Shown here piece by piece: positions 1-13,425 of a stretch of 64,000 nt of DNA (positions within the stretch are counted from its first letter, which is position 1; every line of letters starts with the position of its first letter). Location: contig OZ024753.1 in NCBI GenBank assembly GCA_964016885.1, positions 7,626,001-7,690,000 of the forward strand, given 5' to 3'. Under the pieces are notes generated by a model, which was not told the origin of the DNA, searched no databases, and saw only the letters and a list, made by a program, of their open reading frames with translations. This stretch comes from Eledone cirrhosa (Eukaryota). The position numbers and the translations under genes are program-made.

Positions 1-9
1 AAGGTATGC

Positions 10-540
10 TGTTCTACCGCCCAGGCAAAACTGTTCTCCGTGAAGCGCAGCCGAGATACTCCGTCCACGCAAACTTTTTTTTACCGTGGGACTACTTTCA
101 CAGTTTTGTCCGTTGGGGCGCTGCTGTCATCTACCGTCCAAGCAAAACTGTTCTCCGTGAGGCGCAGCTGAGATATACCGACCAGGCAATCTGTTTTCCA
201 TGAGGCGCAGCTAAGATATACACCCAGGAAAGCTGTTTTCCATGAGGCGTAGTGGGAACACTTTCACCGTTTTGTCCGTTGGGGGCGCTGCTAAGATCTA
301 CCACCCAGGCAAAACTGTTCTCCTAGGGGCACAGTTGAGATATACCACCCAAGCAAGCTGTTCTCCGTGAGGCACAGCCGAGATATAGCACCCAGGCAAG
401 CTTTTTTTCCGTAGGAACACCCAGGCAAAACTGTTCTCCGTCGGAACACCCAGGCAAAACTGTTCTCTGTCGGGGCGCAGCTGAGATCTACCGTCCAGGC
501 AAAACTGTTCTACGTGGGGTACAGTTGAGTTATTCCGCCT
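10..540. repeat. Degenerate ~45-bp tandem repeat
   Basis: About 10 diverged units of CCAGGCAAAACTGTTCTCCGTGAGGCGCAGCTGAGATATAC; may continue beyond the window start. Confidence 0.8.
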
Positions 541-833
541 TGGCAAGGTTGTAGAGTTTCGCCCCTCTCTTCTCCTTCCTATTTTTCATTATTCAATTTT
601 TATATTTTCCAGCCCACCCAGCCCGTGCTCTTTTCATTCTTTCATTGCTGTTAAATACTTATAATGGAAAACGTTATATCTCGGGAATATCACAAATTGG
701 ATGAATTCTATGCCAACTAATCTTTCGTTCCATACTTCCATAAATTCATATTAAACCAACTCCGACCATTCTTTTCTCATTCGTCTCCAAGAAACAGCGA
801 ATACATGCTGTGTTGTGTGAGATCAAAAGAATC

Positions 834-886
<53 letters not shown>

Positions 887-952
887 CAAGAAGAAGAAGA
901 AGGAGAAGAAGGCGACGACGACGACGACGACGACGAAGAAGAAGAGGAAGAA

Positions 953-983
<31 letters not shown>

Positions 984-1287
984 AAGAAGAAGAAGAAGAA
1001 GAAGAAGAAGGCGACGACGTCGAAGAAGAAGAAGAAGAAGAAGAAGAAGAAGAAGGAGAAGAAGGAGAAGAAGAAGAAGAAGAAGAAGAAGAAGAAGAAG
1101 AAGAAGAAGAAGAAGAAGAAGGCGACGACGAAGAGAAAAAGGGGACGACGAAGAAGAAGAAGAAGAAGAAGAAGAAGAAGAAGAAGAAGAAGAAGATAAA
1201 GAAGGCGAACAACAACAACAACAGCATGATGGAGATGGTAATGACGAAGATGACTATGACGATGATGATGATGATGATGATGATGAT
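834..1287. repeat. Compound trinucleotide microsatellite (AGT)n-(AAG)n-(ACG)n-(GAT)n
   Basis: Directly visible; explains the poly-K/R/F/S ORFs. Confidence 0.97.
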
Positions 1288-1374
1288 CTGCGGCAACAAT
1301 GTTTGTAGATCGATAATTACAAATGGTTTTTGTAGAATTATTCTTGCCCTTGAGTCTAATAAAAGAAATCAGAA

Positions 1375-1490
1375 ATGGCAGAATGGTTAAAACGTTGGAC
1401 ATTTCTTCCAACACTTTACGTCTAAGTTCAAATCTGGCTGAGGTCAGCTTTGCTTTTCATCTTCCCAGGCTCGATAAAATAAAGTACCGA
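1375..1490 (+). mobile_element. Decayed tRNA-derived SINE (head + core)
   Basis: A-box TGGCAGAATGG, B-box GTTCAAATC and core ending GATAAAATAAAGTACC, as in the copy at 2048. Confidence 0.7.
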
Positions 1491-1724
1491 GAGTGATTTC
1501 CTAAACTTTCCCCTTTCTTCCAGACTTCTAGGCTTATGTCCAAACTGGAAACCATTGAGGACTGTAAACTGACAGAATCGATAGAGAAACGGAATGGAAG
1601 TATCCATGGCATTTTCTGGCTCTCTGGGGTTAGTAGAGAGAAGTGAAGAAAGTAACTTCAACCCGATGACCTCGCCTGAAATCTTCCAAGATAAAAAAAA
1701 AAAAAAAAGTAGAGTTGATATATA

Positions 1725-1922
1725 TGGTCCCTTAACTCTTGATAGACTTGTAGGGGCGCGCTGTATTGACATACGGCGTTTCTTGAGCATTTTAAGCCTG
1801 GTGGAGTCCTTCCCTCTCCAGGAATGAATACAGCAGATTTCTTCCAGAGAAAGATAGAAAGTGAGGTAGAGGAAATGAGAAAGAGATATAGAGGAAGAAT
1901 CAACCTCAGTATTAGACTGGTA
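1725..1922 (-). mobile_element. SINE long-tail fragment
   Basis: Matches 2258-2420, 2652-2750, 40090-40220, 46125-46345 and 59108-59330 (CGTATTGACATACGGCGTTTCTTGAGCATTTTAAG...CAGATTTCTTCCAGAGA). Confidence 0.7.
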
Positions 1923-2047
1923 TTATATATATATATGTAAAATAAAATAAAGTACCAGTAATGCACTGGGTAATTTGCTGGCCTTGTGCCTAAAGTAGAA
2001 ACAATTATATATATATATGTAGGGGATGTGTAGGGGATATATATAGG

Positions 2048-2236
2048 GGCAGTGGATTGGCAGTATCGGTAGAGGGTCGGACGCCATGCTTTCCAGCATA
2101 GTTACGTCCCTTTACGATCTGAGTTCAAATCCCGCCGCGGTTGACTTTGCCTTTCATCCTTACGGGGTCGATAAAATAAAGTACCAGTAATGCACTGGGT
2201 AATTGCTGGCCTTGTGCCAAAAAGTAGAAACAATTA
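2048..2236 (+). mobile_element. tRNA-derived SINE, full length, short-tail type (~190 bp)
   Basis: Pol III A-box TGGCAGTATCGG, B-box GTTCAAATCC, core CTTTGCCTTTCATCC...GATAAAATAAAGTACCAG, tail CTGGCCTTGTGCCAAAAGTAGAAACAATTA; more than ten close copies in the window. Confidence 0.92.
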
Positions 2237-2257
2237 TATATATATATATGTATGAAT

Positions 2258-2636
2258 GGTCCCGTAACTCCTAATAGAGTCGTAGGGGCGCCGTATTGAC
2301 ATACGGCGTTTCTTGAGCATTTTAAGTCTGGTGGAGCCCATTGCTCTCCAGGCCTGAGTACAGCAGATTTCTTCAAGGGAAAGATGAGAGAGAGGAAATG
2401 AGAAAGAGATATAGAGGCAAAATCTACCATAGTACAAGATTGGTACATTTTTTTTATCGACCTCGAAAGTATGAAAGGCAAAGATCACATCGGTGGGATT
2501 TGATCTCAGAGAGCAGAGAGCTGGAATGAATAAAATAAAGCATTCTATCCGACGTTCTAACATAAAGCATTCTATCCGACGTTCTCCCATAAAGCATTCT
2601 ATCCGACGTTCTAACGACTCTGCCAATTCGCCGCCT
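2258..2636 (-). mobile_element. tRNA-derived SINE, long-tail type, with internal triplication of ~25 bp
   Basis: Minus-strand head GGCGGCGAATTGGCAGAGTCGTTAG, shared core, then the long tail; AAAGCATTCTATCCGACGTTCT occurs three times at 2537-2612. Confidence 0.78.
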
Positions 2637-4822
2637 AGAGTTAATATAGTATGGTCCCGTAGCTCCTAATAGAATCGTAGGGTCACCGAATTAAATACGG
2701 CGTTTTTTGAGCAATTTAAGCCTGGCGGAACCCATCTCTATCCAGGCCTAGAGTTAATTTACTGAGTGACAAATTAAGTTTACCACTCATGTGGTAAATA
2801 CACAGCAGTATATACAGTCAGAACGCAAAGAGCGAAGAAAAGTCATCTCAGCTGATACTGAAATAATTCCGTCACTGCATCGCAGTGGAAAGGTACTTCA
2901 TTTTGTCGACCCAGGAAGAAAGCTGGCCAAAGATAACATCGCTGAGATTTGAACTCATTGTACATTAATCCAGAACATAAACCATTTTATTGACTATCGT
3001 AGTCTACTTTATATTCAGTCATAATTTAATTATATTGAGTTGGGTTACATTTACAGTATAAATGTAATAATTAAATTAATAATTAAACTAATAATTTCAA
3101 GCGCGGTGCCCCATCATGGCCTCAGCCGGATGGCTGGAACAGGTAAAAGAATAAAATAGTAATTTAGTCTACTTTAGGCACAAGGCCAGCAATAATTAAA
3201 TGCATAATAAATTTACATAATATGCACTTTATTGTTTATTGTAGTTCTTTATGCGTTTTAATGTGTTGTTTTATGCGCATGACCGACAATGACACCCCCT
3301 CCCCACTTAGTCGATGGAGAAAGTGTCTTGCATGACACCAGTCCGTGTAGGGACCGCTGTTGTACAGTATGTGTTCGTTTAAAGTCAATTTTCATTCTTG
3401 CTACTCGTGTTTCACGTCATACTGACCTAGTCTGAATATTTCATATACAACAAGGGCGGTGCCCCAGTATGGCCTCAGCTGGAACAGATAAATGAGTAGA
3501 AGAGTAATAAAAATTCACTGATGAAATTTTCAAATGGAAACAAAACAAACACCATTGAAATTGTTTTGTTAATAAATGAGCGAAGATTTAAAATAATTCC
3601 CAGACGAAGGTATATACCCCAGGAAGCAACTTTCTAATAAAATACTGATAAGTTTCAAAAAGCCAGTACAACACGGTAGGAAAATACAAAGAGTAAATGA
3701 TGACAAATGATGACAAATAAAACAAAGTAATGTTTTACCCAGTATATTTCACGTGACATTTCAGGGTTTTAACACTTTTCAAATGTGGAGTTGAAACAGT
3801 TCAAATAAAATCGAACGATAGATGAGTTCTTCCTTAACTGGTCTACGTGTCTAAATATTTAATAAATTCTAATGGAGATAAATTTTTTTTCAAATGTAGA
3901 GCATTGCTACTTAAAAAGACTGATTTTACAAACATTAAATTCACATCATTTTTGATATTCTAATTTCAAATAACATTACGATTTATTTAAATACTGTCTC
4001 GCGTGTCTTGTGACTGTCAAGATAATAATATGCCACAGTTAAAATCGGTTCTACCTTTGATACAAGGATTCTATAATTGAGAATTGCGTAGTCGATTAAA
4101 TCGACTTCTTCAATACTTGAGTACTGCTTATTCTAGCGATATTGGTAAGATGAAAACCAAAATCGGCCTTGGGGCTCTATCTTTCCGATTCGATAAAATA
4201 AGTACCACTCAAGTAGTGAGGTTGATGTAAGCGACATTACTCCATATTCAAAATAAATCAACATTTATCACGCAAAAAGAAATTTACACTATAAACTTTT
4301 CGTCTGTCCGAGTTCTAAAATAAAAATTATCCCTCAAGGGTTAGAGAAGTAGATTTTTCTCTTCTCTATTTGTGTCTATATTAGAAATACCAGCGACTTT
4401 TATAAAACACAAATATTAGGAGTTAGTGAGGTGTGATGTTTTAACCCTTTCATGACTGTATTCCTAATGAAATACATTCTTGTTTAAATAATTAATGAAG
4501 AATTTCGACATATTTAATAAAATTATTAATTACGGTATTTCCCGGCGTCGAAGACGCTACGTTTTTCCTAAAATATAGTAAATCTCAAAAATCTACCATG
4601 CGTCCTGGAGGCCGAAAGTTGTTTATTATTTCTTTTTCAAAATTTTTGTTGTCAACCAGGCTCAACCAGAGCGTTGGTGGCCATATTCTTCGACTGTGAT
4701 AGAGTAAACATAGTTGTTTTAGAGGGAAGTGATACTGTGAGTGATAGCATCTCGTCCTTCTTCTCTGTGTTGTGTAAAAAGTCTAGGAGAAAGAGAGAGA
4801 GAATCTGTGGGTGAGAAAGAGA

Positions 4823-4882
<60 letters not shown>

Positions 4883-4976
4883 ATCGGCGTTCATTATAGA
4901 GCTAGCATAAGACCGTAAATAGCCAGGCGTCGGTTCTGCTATCACCTACATGGACATTGACAGTAAAATAACCGCT

Positions 4977-7302
4977 AGTAACACCACAACCCCAAACACC
5001 ACGACCACCAACACGACAATCACCAACACCACCACAACCAACACCTCTACAACCAATTCCACAACCACCAAAACCACAACCAGCACCAGAACCACCAACA
5101 TCACAACCACCACAAACACTAACACCACAACCACCAACACCAACATCAACATCACAACCACCAACACCACGACCACCATCACCAACACCACTACCACCAA
5201 CACCGCAACCACCACCAACACTACCACCAACACCACTACCACCAACACCGCAACCACCACCAATACTACCACCAACACCACAACCACCAACATCACTACC
5301 ACCAACACCGCAACCACCACCAACACCACCACCAACACCACAACCACCAACACCACCACCAACAACACTACCAACAACACCACAACCACCAACACCACTA
5401 CCACCAACACCGCAACCACCAACACCACTACCACCAACACCACAACCACCAACACCACCACCACCAACACTACCACCAACACCACAACCACCAACACCAC
5501 TACCACCAACACCGCAACCACCACCAACACTACCACCAACACCACAACCACCAACACCACTACCACCAACACCGCAACCACCAACACCTCTACCACCAAC
5601 ACCGCAACCACCACCAACACTACCACCAACACCACAACCACCAACACCACTACCACCAACACCGCAACCACCACCAACACTACCACCAACACCACAACCA
5701 CCAACACCACTACCACCAACACCACAACCACCACCAACACTACCACCAGCACCACAACCACCAACACCACTACCACCAACACCGCAACCACCACCAACAC
5801 TACCACCAGCACCACAACCACCAACACCACTACCACCAACACCGCAACCACCACCAACACTACCACCAGCACCACAACCACCAACACCACTACCACCAAC
5901 ACCGCAACCACCACCAACACTACCACCAGCACCACAACCACCAACACCACTACCACCAACACCGCAACCACCACCAACACTACCACCAGCACCACAACCA
6001 CCAACACCACTACCACCAACACCGCAACCACCACCAACACTACCACCTACACCACAACCACCAACACCACTACCACCAACACCGCAACCACCACCAACAC
6101 TACCACCAGCACCACAACCACCAACACCACTACCACCAACACCACAACCACCACCAACACTACCACCAGCACCACAACCACCAACACCACTACCACCAAC
6201 ACCGCAACCACCACCAACACTACCACCAGCACCACAACCACCAACACCACTACCACCAACACCGCAACCACCACCAACACTACCACCAGCACCACAACCA
6301 CCAACACCACTACCACCAACACCGCAACCACCACCAACACTACCACCAGCACCACAACCACCAACACCACTACCACCAAAACCGCAACCACCACCAACAC
6401 TACCACCAACACCACAACCACCAACACCACTACCACCAACACCGCAACCACCACCAACACTACCACCAGCACCACAACCACCAACACCACTACCACCAAC
6501 ACCACAACCACCACCAACACTACCACCAGCACCACAACCACCAACACCACTACCACCAACACCACAACCACCACCAACACTACCACCAGCACCACAACCA
6601 CCAACACCACTACCACCAACACCACAACCACCACCAACACTACCACCAACACCACAACCACCACCAACACTACGACCAGCACCACAACCACCAACACCAC
6701 TACCACCAACACCGCAACCACCAACACCACTACCACCAACACCGCAACCACCAACACCACTACCACCAACACCACTACCACCAACACCGCAACCACCACC
6801 AACACTACCACCAGCACCACAACCACCAACACCACTACCACAACCACCACCAACACTACCACCAACACCACAACCACCAACACCACTACCACCAACACCG
6901 CAACCACCACCAACACTACCACCAGCACCACAACCACCAACACCACTACCACCAACACCGCAACCACCACCAACACTACCACCAGCACCACAACCACCAA
7001 CACCGCAACCACCACCAACACTACCACCAACACCACAACCACCAACACCACTACCACCAACACCACAACCACCAACACCACTACCACCAACACCACAACC
7101 ACCACCAACACCACAACCACCAACACCACTACCACCAACACCGCAACCACCACCAACACTACAACCACCACCAACACTACCACCAGCACCACTACCACCA
7201 ACACTACAACCACCACCAACACTACCACCAACACCGCAACCACCACCAACACTACAACCACCACCAACACTACCACCAGCACCACTACCACCAACACAAC
7301 CA
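4977..7302. repeat. ACC-based compound minisatellite with an exact 60-bp period in 5461-6660; also an open Thr/Asn frame (4950-7391)
   Basis: Rows of 60 align in register; all length variation preserves triplet phase. Confidence 0.93.
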
Positions 7303-7770
7303 TCGCTACACAGCACTCCTGGCTTGAAAGCAAACGCCGATTTTTTTTAAAGTTGATTACCAAAGGCGAGTTTAGAGGCTGCATTGCGTGAATTAGCAGA
7401 AGGGGGGGGGGGGGGAAGAAGAAGAAGAAGAAGAAGAAGAAGAAGAAGAAGGCGACGGTGAAGAAGAAGAAGAAGAAGTAACCGGAAGAGGGGGAGGAGA
7501 AGGAGGTGTGTGGTGGTGGTAGATTATGGCAATGACTTTGCAACGTGAAAACGTTTTAGTGGCAGGCCTGAGTGTGTGCTATTGCTAATGTAACGGGGCT
7601 TTCTAGATTCACGACCACCAGAATTAAAATAAACACAAGAAAATAGTGAAGAAATTTGGCAAATGTGATCTTCTGATGGGATTTTTAACAGTTCGAGAGG
7701 GGCGGCAGTTATTTAGTAAATATCTTTCACATACACACTTCTAATCTTCCTATTGCCACGGCGCCCATAT

Positions 7771-8097
7771 ATCTCTCTCTCTCGCTCTCTCTCGCTCTCT
7801 CTCTCTCGCTCTCTCTCTCTCCCTTCTTAGAACAAGATCTTTCATTCTTTGTTGCTTTTCAATCTAATCTTCCTCTCTCTCTCTCTCCCCTCCCCCTACC
7901 TCTCTACTTTCTCTCTCCCTTCCTACCTCTCTACTTTCACTCTCTCTCTCTCTCTCTTCTTCTCCCCTTCTCTCTCTCTCTCTCTGCCCACTCCCTTTCT
8001 CTCTCTCTCTGCTCGCTCCCCTCTCCCTCCCTCTCTCTCTCTCTCTCTCCCTCACTCTCTCTCTCTGTCCCTCTCCGCCCCCCTCTCTCTCTCTCCC
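7771..8097. repeat. CT-rich microsatellite tracts
   Basis: (CT)n with interruptions. Confidence 0.9.
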
Positions 8098-8226
8098 TTC
8101 TTACAACATGATCTTAAAATCTCTCTTTTCAATTCATTCATTACATTTTTTCTTTCTTTTTCACCTTTTCGTGTCTCCCTTCGATCATTCAATAGTATCT
8201 AGCAGTCATCGAATCAGAGCCATGAT

Positions 8227-9338
8227 ATACACACACACAAACATACACACACACACACACACACACACACGAACACACATATATATATATATACACGCAT
8301 ATATATATAAATATATATATATGCGTATATATATATATAGGCACACATACATATATACATATATATACACACATACATATTATATACACACACACACATA
8401 CATACACACATACACACATACATACATATTACATACACACACCGATACAATACACACATGCTCATACATACATACTACACACACACATACATACATACAT
8501 ACATACATACACATACATACATATTACATCCATACATACATACTTACACACACATACATACACACTTACACACATATACATACACTTACATATATACATA
8601 CATACATACACACACATACATACACACACACACATACATACATATTACACACACACATACATACATATTACACACATACATACAGACAGACACACACACA
8701 TACATGCATACATATTACACACACACATACATACATACATACACACACATACATACATATTACACCAACACACACATACATACATACACACACACATACA
8801 TACATATTACACACACACATACATACATACATATTACACACACCCATGCATACACACTTACACACACATACACATACATATATACATACATACACACACA
8901 TACATACCTATTACACACACACACACATACATACATACATATTACATCCATACATACATACTTACACACATACATACACACACACACACATACATACATA
9001 CATACATACATACATACATACATACATACATACATACATACACACACGCACATACATACCTATTATACACACACATACATACACATACCTATTACACACA
9101 CATATACATACATACATATTACACACATACATGCATACATACAGACACACACACATACATGCATATTACACACACACATACATACATATTACACACATAC
9201 TTACATACAGACACACATACATATTACACACACACATCATACATACATATTACACACATACATACATATTACACACATACATACATACATACATACATAC
9301 ATACATACATACATACATACATACATACATACATACAT
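8227..9338. repeat. Compound (CA)n/(TA)n/(CATA)n microsatellite
   Basis: Directly visible; source of the H/T/Y/I ORFs. Confidence 0.95.
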
Positions 9339-9489
9339 AATACCTCGTTCCTCTTTATTCGCAATGAACATTTATTTGGCATTCGTTGATTTAATTTCGT
9401 TGTCCTCACAAAATATCCCTCCTAAAGCCAGTAGTAATGCTAGAGAACTACTAAAACTTATCACTCCCGACAACATTACATCTAAAATC

Positions 9490-9925
9490 TCTGTGACCAT
9501 CTTAGCTAACAACAAAACACAATCACAATCGACATCCAGCATCCTACACCACCATAGCTGCTATCCAAGTGCTACTACAGTCACAGAAATAACCTTGTGT
9601 AGTGTCTTCAAGAGCACCTCAGCTAACAACACCACCAACCTACACCACCATAGCTGCTATCCAAGCGCTACTACAGTCACAGACATAACCTTGTATAGTT
9701 TCTTCACGACCACCTCAGCTAACAACATCACCCACCACAACCAACGACCATCACCGCCATAACAATTACCCAAGACCTGCGCTACTACAGCCACAGAAAT
9801 ACCTTGTATAGTGTCTTCACGACCACCTTAGCTAACAGCATCACCCACCACATTCAACAACCATCTCCGCCATAACTGCCACCCAAGAGCTGCGCTACTA
9901 CAATCGCAGAAATAACCTTGTATAT
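9490..9925. repeat. Degenerate ~95-115-bp tandem repeat, 4 units
   Basis: GCTACTACAGTCACAGAAATAACCTTGTATAGTGTCTTCACGACCACCTCAGCTAACA recurs near 9571, 9667, 9781 and 9894. Confidence 0.82.
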
Positions 9926-9991
9926 GTCGCAAGTCCATAGTTTGTCAGTCAATTAAATTAGCAATTTGCGGAATATATAATGTGCAGAGCA

Positions 9992-10167
9992 CTAAAAGTC
10001 GATGGAAGACTTGGAATGGGGAGACCCAAGTAGACCTGAGATGAGGTGCTAGAAGCTGACCTTGCCGAATTGCACCTCTCAACTGCGATGACACAGGACC
10101 GAGACCTCTGGCGTTACGCAGTAATACAGAAGACCCGACTTCCCACGAGTACAAGCCGAAGCTGAAT
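9992..10167 (+). mobile_element. RTE-clade LINE ORF C-terminal fragment (inactive)
   Basis: Translates LKVDGRLGMGRPK*T*DEVLEADLAELHLSTAMTQDRDLWRYAVIQKTR, matching the RTE motif G...RGRP...W...D......DR..WR, with two stops. Confidence 0.8.
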
Positions 10168-10944
10168 GATTGTACTTCTGCAACCTATCTACCGGTACCG
10201 AGAAACCCCTCTGCAGCTAGACGGCTTTTAACAATTTCAAATTTGAATATCTATGATCACGGACAAAAGCGATCTGCTCACAATAGGAAGATTTTCATTC
10301 ATCACTTGGTCAGGAGAAGGTCAATGCCTACGGGGCTCATGATACCAAAACTGGTTGTAATGGGGGGAATGCGCCGCCTTAAACCCGGGTCACGGGTCAT
10401 GACCACCATGCTTTTAGTAAAATGAACTCCGCTAAAGACACCTAAAAGCGAGATGGTAATATAAAACCGGGAGAGGAATTAAGTCTACCACCCAATGTAA
10501 TCAACGACCACACAACACTGGTAGTTTATTAATCAATCTCAGAATGTTGAAAGGTAAAATTCAGGTTTGCAGGATTTCAACTTTGAATGCAAGAAATTAG
10601 AAGATTCAAAGCAACATATTCTGTCCGATGATCAAAAGGATTCTTAGAAATAATGTTCTGTCTTGAAACAGAAATATGATATTAAAGGAATACAATAAAT
10701 AACCAAGATGAAAATATTAGAAAGAAAGATAGAAACAAAATTTAGTAATGAAAAGTCGAGTGAAGGGGTAAAGAAGAGCAGATCTGGCTGAACAGGAAAG
10801 TGGAGGAAAGGATTTTAAATGTCATAGATGAAAGGAAAGGGAGGAGAAAAGCAAGGACTATTAGACCCTGGAAGAAAAAGAGGAGGAAGGAGAGAGGGTG
10901 ATGTGCTCTATCCCTAGAGGGGGATGGTATTTCGGCTGCGACAA

Positions 10945-11215
10945 GCGGACAAAACTACAAAGGTAATTTTCGCGGACAATGGCCAGCGATACCTGCTGAC
11001 ACATCTATCACAACTCGCGGGGATCCTAAGTCAGATGGGGCTGTTGAGATTCCGATTTTACGAAGGTACTCGGCAGTAGGGAGTGCGAGGAAGCCTGAGC
11101 TTTCAACAACGACCAGTGCATTGCGGTGTCCGTGCAAAAAGCGAACAAGTTGACGGCGGAGAGCGTGTCACAGCATCTGGTGTCACGAATGGGAAGAGGT
11201 AATTCCACTCACAAA
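10945..11215 (-). mobile_element. Decayed restriction-like endonuclease domain of a CRE-type non-LTR retrotransposon
   Basis: Frameshifted translation ...DTRCCDTLSAVNL...LVVVESSGFLALPTAEYLRKIG...DPREL**MCQQVSLAIVREN; homologous to the peptide at 35580-35720. Confidence 0.65.
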
Positions 11216-11379
11216 CAAGGTGTGTTGCTGTACACAAAACTTAAACAGTCATCGAATGAATCAACGGAGATCCACCACACACTCACTTCGGCAGTGACTT
11301 ACATATATTTTTTTTCTTCTCTAAAACTATCTAAAATATACACGGCACTTGTACTTCTGCAAATGTCATTAAAAAAAAT

Positions 11380-11502
11380 AATTGTTTCTACTTTTGGCAC
11401 AAGGCCAGCAAATAACCAGTGTATTACTGGTACTTTATTTTATCAACCCCATAAGGATGAAAGGAAAATTGTTTCTACTTTTGGCACAAGGCCAGCAATT
11501 AC

Positions 11503-11504
<2 letters not shown>
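11380..11504 (-). mobile_element. Two nested SINE 3' fragments
   Basis: AATTGTTTCTACTTTTGGCACAAGGCCAGCAA at 11380 and 11467. Confidence 0.85.
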
Positions 11505-11576
<72 letters not shown>

Positions 11577-11823
11577 CTGTCACTTCAGGTTCCTATACGG
11601 CCAATAATAAACCGCCCACGAAGCCAGATTCACTTCTGTTATAATATTGTCGGTTATCTAATCTAATTCTCTTATATTTTAATAACCAGTTGTTTATTTA
11701 ATTGTCAAAGCTCTTTTGTCACAATGCTGTCACCTGCTCAATGTCTCTATCTATCTATCTCTATCTATCTCTATCTCTCTATCTCTCTATCTCTCTATCT
11801 ATCTCTTTATCTCTCTATCTCTT

Positions 11824-11860
<37 letters not shown>

Positions 11861-11916
11861 CTCTTCGCTTACTTTTGAATTAGTCTTACTTATTACAACT
11901 TGCTATTTTGTAAATA

Positions 11917-12074
11917 CAGGTAAAATTCCGTTATTACTAGTACCATTATAACAAATTTTTCAGTATAACGAAATGTCTTTCAATCCCCGACCACACGATC
12001 AATGTGTTAGGCAAATCTCGTTACAACGAAATTGTCTAATACCCCGTGAATTTCATTATAACGGAATTTTACTG
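11917..12074. mobile_element. Tc1/mariner (pogo/Tigger-like) MITE
   Basis: TA|CAGGTAAAATTCCGTTAT...ATAACGGAATTTTACTG|TA: terminal inverted repeats with a TA target-site duplication; partial second copy at 37562. Confidence 0.85.
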
Positions 12075-12540
12075 TATATAATTAAATGTAGTGTGTGTCA
12101 TAAATGAACGTAACACAAACGCGCGTGTCATAGATGCACGTAACATTGCAACAGGCATACACACGTGCAGCTGCACACATACGCCAATTCCCCCCCCCCC
12201 CTCATCACCTCTCACCAACACACATTCACGTTTACCTGTAGAACTGTCACGGGAAACATCAAAGGCTTAGTGAGGTCGTATATATGTGAAGAGTGTGATG
12301 ACATCATTTTCTGCAGTGACTGCGTCGTGTGTAACCAAGATTGTGTGTGTAAATACAGCAACATGCTACACTCACCTGCCCCAGGTAACTACATAAATAG
12401 AAAGAGTGCTGTTAATTACCTTTACACCCCCTCACATCATAGCTAAGGGCACACAGGTAATTACTCCCACCGACAACACTGCTGATGTACTTGCATACTC
12501 ACTCGCTCACATGTATATATGTGGGAATGTGTGCGGAGAG

Positions 12541-12545
<5 letters not shown>

Positions 12546-12582
<37 letters not shown>

Positions 12583-12682
12583 CACAGAGGGAGGTAGGGA
12601 GAGTAAGAATTACCTATATATGTACATATATACATATATATACATATATATATATAGATATATATACATACCTATATATATT

Positions 12683-12716
<34 letters not shown>

Positions 12717-13001
12717 TATATATATAGATATATAGATATATGTACACACATACACACACACATACATATATACACATACATATACATTTACACATACATA
12801 TTATACACACAAACACACACACACATATATATAAATACACACTTACATAAATACATATACATACATATATATATATATATATATATGTACACACATACAC
12901 ACACATATACATATATATACATACATATACATTTACACATACATATTATACACACAAACACACACACACATATATATAAATACACACTTACATAAATACA
13001 T

Positions 13002-13096
<95 letters not shown>
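12546..13096. repeat. (GA)n/(TA)n/(CA)n tract with a local ~150-bp duplication
   Basis: Block beginning TGTACACACATACAC repeats at 12741 and 12886. Confidence 0.85.
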
Positions 13097-13098
<2 letters not shown>

Positions 13099-13240
13099 TC
13101 TAGGTGATGATCAAAGGGTGTGCTATTTAATTAGCAGGTAATTAGCTTAGCTTGAGGATGTCAGTGAAAAATGTTCATGCCGATATGTGGACGGGTTCCT
13201 ACGACCTAACCATAGCTGGAACATTTGATTTGACTGTATT

Positions 13241-13425
13241 AATTGTTTCTACTTTTGGCACAAGGCCAGCAAATATCCAGTGTATTACTGGTACTTTATT
13301 TTATCGACCCTGTAAGGATGAAAGGCAAAGTTAACCTCGGCGGGATTTGAACTCAGAATGGCAAGGGCCGTAACTCTATGCGTCAAAGCATGGCGTCCGA
13401 CCTTCTACCGATACTGCCAATCCAC
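13241..13425 (-). mobile_element. tRNA-derived SINE, full length
   Basis: Reverse complement of the 2048 type; a second partial copy follows at 13434-13578. Confidence 0.92.

Noticed and set aside
746-1414. Poly-K/R/F/S ORFs
   Set aside because: Trinucleotide microsatellites open in several frames.
4902-7543. Minus-strand Gly/Cys/Val keratin- or silk-like ORFs
   Set aside because: Antisense reading of the ACC repeat; no independent support.
8108-9762. His/Thr/Tyr/Ile-rich ORFs (and all similar YI, CV and HT ORFs in the window)
   Set aside because: Products of (CA)n/(TA)n/(CATA)n tracts that lack stop codons.
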